Below are positions 20,301-23,054 of a stretch of DNA of 23,054 nucleotides, one piece after another. This stretch comes from Paraphysomonas bandaiensis (lineage: Eukaryota > Protista > Chrysophyceae). Every line of letters begins with the position of its first letter. Position 1 is the stretch's first letter. The position numbers and the translations under genes were made by a program. The DNA lies in contig CBFFRP010000543.1 in assembly GCA_965644295.1 (NCBI GenBank), forward strand, positions 1-23,054, read 5' to 3'. The notes beneath the pieces are model-generated. The model saw nothing but the letters and a program-made list of their open reading frames with translations, did no database searches and was not told where the DNA came from.

Positions 20301-23054
20301 ATCATCAGGACAAAGAGTTGTCGGTATAGAAGTGGGTAGTGACGTATCTACTGTAACAGCAGACGAAGGTGCTGAAGTTGATGGAGAAAGAGAAAGTGCA
20401 GATGGCTGAACAGATGGTAGAGGTGTTGGAAAAACAGCACCTTCAGTAGCAAAAGAAGTTTTGCAAACCGTACAGGCGAGAACTTCTTTCTGCTCACCAA
20501 CGACAAAGGTAAACACAGTCTCCTCAGCCGTGTGAATAGTTTCCTCGTCCACACATTGATCTTCCTGGGTAATGATACTTGCGCCGGTAGTAGTACGATC
20601 AAATGCACGCAAACCAGTCGAATCGGACAAACTAATGGAGCTCCCGACTGTGCCGAATATACCAGGCGGAACAACGAAAGAATACTGAAAGTTAATTTCC
20701 CGTTTAACATTAGTCACGCCGTTAAATATAGCACCCTCAAATGTTAAACCCTCAACACAACTAATTGCAACAGAATCCGCAAACGAAAAGTAGGCCAAAG
20801 TTTCAGCTGTAGCATTCATCACATAGTAGGACGGATCGGATGAATCATGCGGCTGCAACACTGCTCGGAAGAAGCGACGACCAACTACCAGTGTTCTAGG
20901 AATCAACAAACGATCATACACAAGCGCCTGAAGCTGCAATACCACTCCAGCATCCACACCTTCCGGATACGCACAATATATTGTCGATGACTCACATCCA
21001 GACGGGAAATTGAATCGAACGAAATTAGCATTGTTACTGGGATCATTATCCTGTCTGGTAATTGGACCTTCACCAACCACAAACATATTGTTTGAAACAT
21101 TGTACACGCCATGCTCAGCAACCATCCATGTTAGAGTAATTGCCGGAGATATAGGCACTGGTATCACCCACTCCTTCGAACAGTAACTATCATTTGCTTG
21201 GTAGATGCGAGTCTCAAAAGTTACGGTCCCAGACAATGTCTGGACATTTCGAACTCTAGCAATCGCAGGATAACCATCAGATGAAGTTTCTCCCGGAATA
21301 TTCGGAAGACTCACAAAAACACTAGCGTTAGAAAATGTACTGACAGATGTAGATATTGTCACCCACTCCTGGTCATTTACCCTTTCGTATCCACCTTCCA
21401 GCCAAACCATATTGACCTCAGATTTTGTCAACAGATTATAAACATCTGTGGTAGAATTACTAATATCAGGACAGCCAAATGATGGAATCACAGTAGGAGA
21501 AGAAGAAGACGGTGCACTGGATGGTACACTTGACTCAAAAGGGAGTGATGGCCCACTTGTTGGTGAAGGAGTTGGGGCCACTGTTGGATTGGATGATGGA
21601 ATCCCTGTTGGAGATACTGTAGGGGATACAGTTGGGTTGAGTGTTGGGTCTGATGTAGGCGATCCTGTTGGTGAAAGTGTTGGTAAAACGGTAGGATTAA
21701 CAGTTGGAACATCGGTCGGACTCAAAGTAGGATTCGATGAAGGACTAGCGGATGGCCCAATAGTGGGCTGAGATGATATCGATGGGACTGATGTCGGACT
21801 TGATGACTCCGGCACAAACACCGCACGACACACAGTACAAGAAGAAACGACATCCTGGGCACCAACGACAAAGGTAAACACAGTCTCCTCAGCCGTGTGA
21901 ATAGTTTCCTCGTCCACACATTGATCTTCCTGGGTAATGATACTTGCGCCGGTAGTAGTACGATCAAATGCACGCAAACCAGTCGAATCCGACAAGCTAG
22001 TGGAGCTCCCGACTGTGCCGAATATACCAGGAAGAGTCAAGTAAGTGTATTGAAAGTCAATATGACGTCTCACATTAGTCACGCCGTTAAATATAGCACC
22101 CTCAAATGTTAAACCCTCAACACAACTAATTGCAACAGAATCCGCAAACGAAAAGTAGGCCAAAGTTTCAGCTGTAGCGTTCATCACATAGTAGGACGGA
22201 TCGGATGAATCATGCGGCTGCAACACTGCTCGGAAGAAGCGACGACCAACTACCAGTGTTCTAGGAATCAACAAACGATCATACACAAGCGTCTGAAGCT
22301 GCAATACCACTCCAGCATCCACACCTTCCGGATACGCACAATATATTGTCGATGACTCACATCCAGGCGGGAAATTGAATCGAACGAAATTAGCATTGTT
22401 AGTGGGATCATTATCCTGTCTGGTAATTGGACCTTCACCAACAATAAAGAAACTACCTGATAAATTGTAAGCACCATGTTCAACTACTAACCAAGATAAT
22501 GACAAAGCCGGAGATATAGGCTCTGGTATCGCCCACTCCTTCGAACAGTAACTATCATTTGCTTGGTAGATGCGAGTCTCAAAAGTCACGGTCCCAGACA
22601 ATGTCTGGACATTTCGAACTCTAGCAATCGCAGGATAACCATCAGATGAAGTTTCTCCCGGAATATTCGGAAGACTCACAAAAACACTAGCGTTAGAAAA
22701 TGTACTGACAGATGTAGATATTGTCACCCACTCCTGGTCATCAACACCAGCAAATCCACCCTCTAGCCAGGTACTGACAATCTCTTCTTTGCTGACCAAA
22801 TCATACAAATCTCCTGTCTCCTTAGCACCACAGGAGCTATTAGAGATTGTAGGAGAGAGAGTCTCCACAACTGTAGGAGTAATCGTAGGAGAGGACGTAG
22901 GTGAAGATGTAGGGGACAAAGTTGGAGACGTTGTAGGTGACACGGTTGGAAGTGACGTTGTAGGAACAAGTGTTGGTGCTAATGTGGTATTCGGTATTGT
23001 GGGTAACACTGACGGTGCAGTAGTGGGAATAACCGTCGGACTAGATGTAGGCTC
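8394..23054 (-). CDS. Giant polycystin-1/REJ-domain-like multipass surface protein (>=4886 aa, 5'-partial)
   Basis: The frame is open from the window edge (EPTSSPTVIPTTAPSV...) to TGA at 8394; the listed 'M' at 23009 is an internal GTG. Contains PT/S mucin tracts, 3 lectin-like modules, an LRR block, REJ/PKD-like motifs (LTLDATQSTG, VVLNGSPSFDSD..LTFSWTC, NAPPSGGFLSVSPSTG..F..FNWED..YPLSYHF), EGF-like Cys clusters, a GPS-like Cys pattern and several hydrophobic helices. Confidence 0.9.
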   Translation of the reverse strand, partial: EPTSSPTVIPTTAPSVLPTIPNTTLAPTLVPTTSLPTVSPTTSPTLSPTSSPTSSPTITPTVVETLSPTISNSSCGAKETGDLYDLVSKEEIVSTWLEGGFAGVDDQEWVTISTSVSTFSNASVFVSLPNIPGETSSDGYPAIARVRNVQTLSGTVTFETRIYQANDSYCSKEWAIPEPISPALSLSWLVVEHGAYNLSGSFFIVGEGPITRQDNDPTNNANFVRFNFPPGCESSTIYCAYPEGVDAGVVLQLQTLVYDRLLIPRTLVVGRRFFRAVLQPHDSSDPSYYVMNATAETLAYFSFADSVAISCVEGLTFEGAIFNGVTNVRRHIDFQYTYLTLPGIFGTVGSSTSLSDSTGLRAFDRTTTGASIITQEDQCVDEETIHTAEETVFTFVVGAQDVVSSCTVCRAVFVPESSSPTSVPSISSQPTIGPSASPSSNPTLSPTDVPTVNPTVLPTLSPTGSPTSDPTLNPTVSPTVSPTGIPSSNPTVAPTPSPTSGPSLPFESSVPSSAPSSSSPTVIPSFGCPDISNSTTDVYNLLTKSEVNMVWLEGGYERVNDQEWVTISTSVSTFSNASVFVSLPNIPGETSSDGYPAIARVRNVQTLSGTVTFETRIYQANDSYCSKEWVIPVPISPAITLTWMVAEHGVYNVSNNMFVVGEGPITRQDNDPSNNANFVRFNFPSGCESSTIYCAYPEGVDAGVVLQLQALVYDRLLIPRTLVVGRRFFRAVLQPHDSSDPSYYVMNATAETLAYFSFADSVAISCVEGLTFEGAIFNGVTNVKREINFQYSFVVPPGIFGTVGSSISLSDSTGLRAFDRTTTGASIITQEDQCVDEETIHTAEETVFTFVVGEQKEVLACTVCKTSFATEGAVFPTPLPSVQPSALSLSPSTSAPSSAVTVDTSLPTSIPTTLCPDDVNSSLHVFDLVHKEAINYYWIEGGIASVDDQEWVTISTSVSTFSNASVFVSLPNIPGETSSDGYPAIARVRNVQTLSGTVTFETRIYQANDSYCSKEWAIPEPISPAMSLTWMVAEHGVYNVSNNMFVVGEGPITRQDNDPSNNANFVRFNFPPGCESSTIYCAYPEGVDAGVVLQLQTLVYDRLLIPRTLVVGRRFFRAVLQPHDSSDPSYYVMNATAETLAYFSFADSVAISCVEGLTFEGAIFNGVTNVKREINFQYTYLTLPGIFGTVGSSTSLSDSTGLRAFDRTTTGASIITQEDQCVDEETIHTAEETVFTFVVGAQDVVSSCTVCRAVFTPQAVNLPSSVPSLMPTSSQTSPPTALPTVSPTFVPTLFPTQIPTPVPTIVPSPVPTQDPTDFPSATPSSVPTLGPTSNDLFPIGEDDTCLYISVYDSFGDGWDSDVHLYYYIEIDGFDSSNQTSSVSLSSCNRSVLSGCLPNYYLHEDHTYHLALKSLSDVPNFYWEIHWTVQFVLDGVSQSVYYGGYNTSLVFDYSADDRLYSLVWWENLWVTPEESNTCGTQASDIYDNVAASCDEFVVETYGTALSGNTSLSSNNDYQNAGWFIIDMNSRSDLQAYGIPWSVVANVSGTGSSECYACLVDGSYLFRATGLLYPNSESIAWKFCGVSGTGGQELQFSVINSVCQPERLKNISDICEGRPGVNLDTPYPTLFPTSYPTVIPTSVPTVYPTVRPTSGPTEVPTVWPTASPTTSPTPLPTEVPTSSPTASPTQYPTLSPTQYPTFSPTTVPSSMPTQSPSISPTFAPSVEPSGVPSRQPITSTPTKGGETNSPTGLPTLHPTSTPTAAPTLSPTSCPTVSPTVDPTMLPTLSPTDSPTSVPTIAPTTSPTSFPTVVPTVVPSIEPSGVPSRQPITSTPTKEGETNSPTGLPTLHPTSTPTAAPTLSPTSCPTVSPTVDPTMLPTLSPTDSPTSVPTIAPTTSPTSFPTVVPTVVPSIEPSGVPSRQPITSTPTKEGETNSPTGLPTLHPTSTPTAAPTLSPTSCPTVSPTVDPTMLPTLSPTDSPTSVPTIAPTTSPTSFPTVVPTVVPSIEPSGVPSRQPITSTPTKEGDTNSPTGLPTLHPTSTPTAAPTLSPTSCPTVSPTVDPTMLPTLSPTDSPTSVPTIAPTTSPTSFPTVVPTVVPSIEPSGVPSRQPITSTPTKEGETNSPTGLPTLHPTSTPTAAPTLSPTSCPTVSPTVDPTMLPTLSPTDSPTSVPTIAPTTSPTSFPTVVPTVVPSIEPSGVPSRQPITSTPTKEGETNSPTGLPTLHPTSTPTAAPTVLPTLHPTNIPTVAPTMSPTSCPTVSPTLLTTDHPSMHPTEFLTSMPTIFPTVLTVVPTTSPTIESVSDISAALCEITNSFTLSNSSVHGWTCDSNGEPITSNGNTICEDNWTGMDCDESGSIVGLSLSGLGLSGTIPSNIGDLTHLTTIDFSLNNLVGPIPQELGRLTNLQSLSLQGNRFGSLSRRILSHDIAVFRNLQVDFVDDAFDVFAVMSSLTYIDISANGYRGQIPSSLCELPLETLITFDSSASASDKNNFDCVAQCLLDSESLNIVTEPGIDVCPSSTGDSSQPSAVPTFYPSHFTARPSPMPTNAPTRTPTRRPTRSPTATPTTVDATERPVAPTLVPTMYVPAAGTVPVVQSASAETDSSVAVSVSVNVTTTSYGGVLYIGAFEDPSLFTSIDDIRVQGRSRAVPAYFSTSEGFTDTTIKIDGLIPFHKYFIYYYAEDSLGNAGTYRDALATEFLYTAPCCHVVEVSSVPVQAFSSLDSYSVLSQTALSDYLFEFSISSAPENGTEITVTPIFYSDSDLSVVEAGVFSAPAQLSFSADSTDLMKSFLIYGSSGMVYVRLNVSGSGQEQYYSVGNTSVEIVTSHVSNPPPKLTRSVIGYAGQVLSIYFNSASDQGTTALSGHGDLWRCDLIFSFGGAENAACRWANSSVVTVTLNYYGITPDEDALVPGDTVLLLGGVVRAQCVSVPCNNVYSNGSSAVVATVFPVITANIILHGPSPVSSCQNLTLDATQSTGRAGRAWADLDWEVSAEDGGDTSMLTSLLESYKDTTSLISFPVSFLRQTTYFISLGARNFLQSSTEPLLYQTVAIEVIAEEPTLTVGIVGSNYISMQRSAELSKSTVASMSVCTGGITSRVPAVYTYEWQVIQGGTTQSISSSSVNPSVFSSKAYTFEVGKTYTVSVFVTATYEGIEKSSSASFRLYIKRGDVRAIINSIGETAMTAAVNRDVVLNGSPSFDSDLNSDTSSLTFSWTCTVVSAMNFGDNCLSSFSVAERTSSEITLLANSLTASYSYSFTLTVSSTVGGITRKSSTRMLLTIEDSATQTSAISVGNQLSSIFDPDKKLVLSSTIRSDDPNGVSAEWSLVSSNQLSLESASLGVLQRQFTFQQLSSGVAFPLSLYENSLTGGVTYTFRLSVTDSSSSVHFSEVSITPNAPPSGGFLSVSPSTGKAYSTEFYFSAFNWEDEVDDYPLSYHFLYQISDSFDINADTLKASTVGQVQYKYTTLPEGLVSSNNAIACAVVVRDVWDSDAIGEQMVRSSLSESDIYDIYNSAIASRRLSLSVTTSNIHTSDLESFVFGGIIPYLVSTFDITDRFDTDASQDVLTEAMNVISLAEKANCTLAPDCASLNREDCRLTSHTCGSCLTGFDGVFGDSNFECTSAGALTGQSCTSNDECRYGVCDAGLCATPFKTCPVSNYDGSQCSGQGQCQFVDYQYNEFSTSCTADNTNCVAQCVCFSGFSGSDCSLTLEEASARDSARGDLCVALLNMSFYVDSSIEKIDILSQMLNVFFSYDEVFSVQSSEMCANALSALADELSVTSADSESDRIETLITEVISKFVQSVEFQTVSESVYDALNSFRANVEKDMIPGQVPSTISSPNLRLTFRYDFLTDLEGLLLSAPQTEEEIAYGSPVSSFGLPTDGFNGCPNFDQYAILIVSSWGFSPFGTSDVELVTPFFSISTVPTVESPEIIDVSANSEFYSVNMVYSSEFDSLNRRPVCYQYDVSDSTLVECDSCSISSNTSTNVSLSCSNALEYFCPTSATPTSKRSLSEKYFANFPGRHLQSEVMSGTYYTIRSEAVVPSVSARSTEKISTKQSVSGLSTIAALLFVMLMGVVALHCWDLMDRNVFIYKRSQSIERQSLKFNLTAAFDQRGEGTDVTLVPRDLGLSNNGTGGVDDLDRRSEDENARAVVLHDDIDLNEDAWNQPPSSLGPQFPPTSLLSNSTWLTRFSTAMKRHHRWARIFTYPSMQRPRVIRFFVVCSDVLSIVFACVIFFSVFYPDDNLCEKLRTQQECLDEKSSFRLGDKLCEWDSGVPECTLKSPPFTIEFLVSVAMIVIVFSMPFRRFLQFLLEHVCAKRPRIEEWGLPSFLLSPEPTVWENQDRVTNTMTGGKSSESNEVVITRIEDTESGHSTGGSVRPPYRLAYCDTIDPDEEVNVLIAATKEFFNSTLENVPIPWRESSEVEATTGGKQLALMGAIMRWMGVHADGTPISLSFWEKLRYGRPINKMTHKISHVRKQARWVLDKTTSEYQLAPGQTDYQDQILLQEFLMEQLSPVCRFAVKRDLFNLDSSVPGRVSCNLWVGTWLGLLACWVFMAYWSMNWSLTNGSTVAKAWGVVLVIVILTDCLLNEVFQVFFINVVVTDKLRPQIRQVYRVLRHVMLTRLREGFVPSNDVKIVQHTSAACRASRYTQLAALASSSILNLLDDCDIAICRLQRLLRVWDIGYIAFITLYVPSLMNGCYEVVQQSVLDITLPIIWCCVLLLCYVLVAVSPGLLAAFCLVCAIIAVFFFFIAKSEWFMRLTNRRRDSTEYDIEELRNQNVIHMEPESWQAKDKISEDVVQWSGMNNTDPLGRDLSGFQFDPVEFDRSLCEEPMDGLFDSYVSQEPERVDVNDVNCVAESYEIAESGESDAVALGETSYSEHLSLSRE
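8810..10885 (-). other. Membrane region of the giant protein (~7-8 predicted TM helices)
   Basis: GLSTIAALLFVMLMGVVAL; FFVVCSDVLSIVFACVIFFSVFY; FLVSVAMIVIVFSMPF; LWVGTWLGLLACWVFMAYW; WGVVLVIVILTDCLL; IGYIAFITLYVPSLM; LPIIWCCVLLLCYVLVAV; LLAAFCLVCAIIAVFFFFI. HHRWARIF..PSMQRPRVIR before TM2 resembles the polycystin-1 HxWxSxx.RP..S.FTR.QR motif. Confidence 0.8.
11935..12325 (-). other. Cys-rich EGF-like region of the giant protein
   Basis: CASLNREDC..TCGSCLTGFDG; CTSNDECRYGVCDAGLC; CSGQGQC..CVCFSGFSGSDC (tenascin-type EGF ending). Confidence 0.8.
12580..14200 (-). other. REJ / PKD-like beta-sandwich region (approximate bounds)
   Basis: Repeated LDAxxS/LNGSxSxD, YxWxC/YEW and YTFRLSV strands, ending in the NAPPSGG..VSP..G..F..W.D..PLSY.F module typical of REJ domains. 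Confidence 0.75.
15620..16135 (-). other. Plant-receptor-type LRR block with N-cap
   Basis: GWTC..ICEDNWTGMDC (LRRNT-like cap) then LSLSGLGLSGTIPSNIGDLTHL, IDFSLNNLVGPIPQELGRLTNL, LSLQGNRF, IDISANGYRGQIPSSLCEL (LxxNxLxGxIP consensus). Confidence 0.88.
16350..17890 (-). repeat. Coding tandem repeat: ~5.5 x 282 bp (94-aa Pro/Thr/Ser mucin-like unit)
   Basis: Anchor GGAGTAGACGTTATCGG recurs at 16429, 16711, 16993, 17275, 17557 and 17839 (exact 282-bp period); copies are nearly identical. Confidence 0.97.
19290..20290 (-). repeat. ~1-kb internal duplication, copy 3 (~320-aa lectin-like module)
   Basis: Near-identical to copies 1 and 2; offset 1161 bp from copy 2. Confidence 0.95.
20455..21445 (-). 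repeat. ~1-kb internal duplication, copy 2 (~320-aa lectin-like module)
   Basis: DQEWVTISTS...EDQCVDEETIHTAEETVFTFVVG; offset 1365 bp from copy 1. Confidence 0.95.
21815..22810 (-). repeat. ~1-kb internal duplication, copy 1 (~320-aa lectin-like module)
   Basis: Same module, flanked by PT-rich spacers. Confidence 0.95.

Noticed and set aside
23007-23009. Start codon of the giant ORF as given in the track
   Set aside because: It is an internal GTG; the frame stays open to the window edge and no signal peptide is visible.

Overview
Eukaryotic genomic DNA, probably from a stramenopile-type protist (inferred from rRNA and protein style; not verified). In order: (1) an LSU (28S) rRNA fragment entering from the window start and breaking off abruptly at ~516; (2) a minus-strand three-exon gene (1298..4070, two short GT-AG introns of 45 and 52 nt, ~891 aa) encoding a putatively N-myristoylated LRR + LRR-cap + coiled-coil protein ending in 13 x 26-aa repeats, which the ORF track splits into three ORFs; (3) a 481-bp divergent intergenic region with an 18-bp perfect palindrome; (4) lipoyl(octanoyl) transferase LipB/LIP2; (5) ~3 kb with no intact gene that may be a heavily decayed Ty1/copia pol relic; (6) an uninterrupted ORF of at least 14.66 kb (>=4886 aa, 5' end outside the window) encoding a giant polycystin-1/REJ-like membrane protein. 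From N to C it has three patchwork copies of a ~320-aa lectin-like module, Pro/Thr/Ser mucin stalks (including ~5.5 x 94-aa repeats), a plant-receptor-type LRR block, REJ/PKD, EGF-like and GPS-like regions and ~7-8 TM helices, with no visible PLAT or channel domain. This receptor and its mosaic modules are the best candidate for something novel. All domain calls are by eye; no searches were run.
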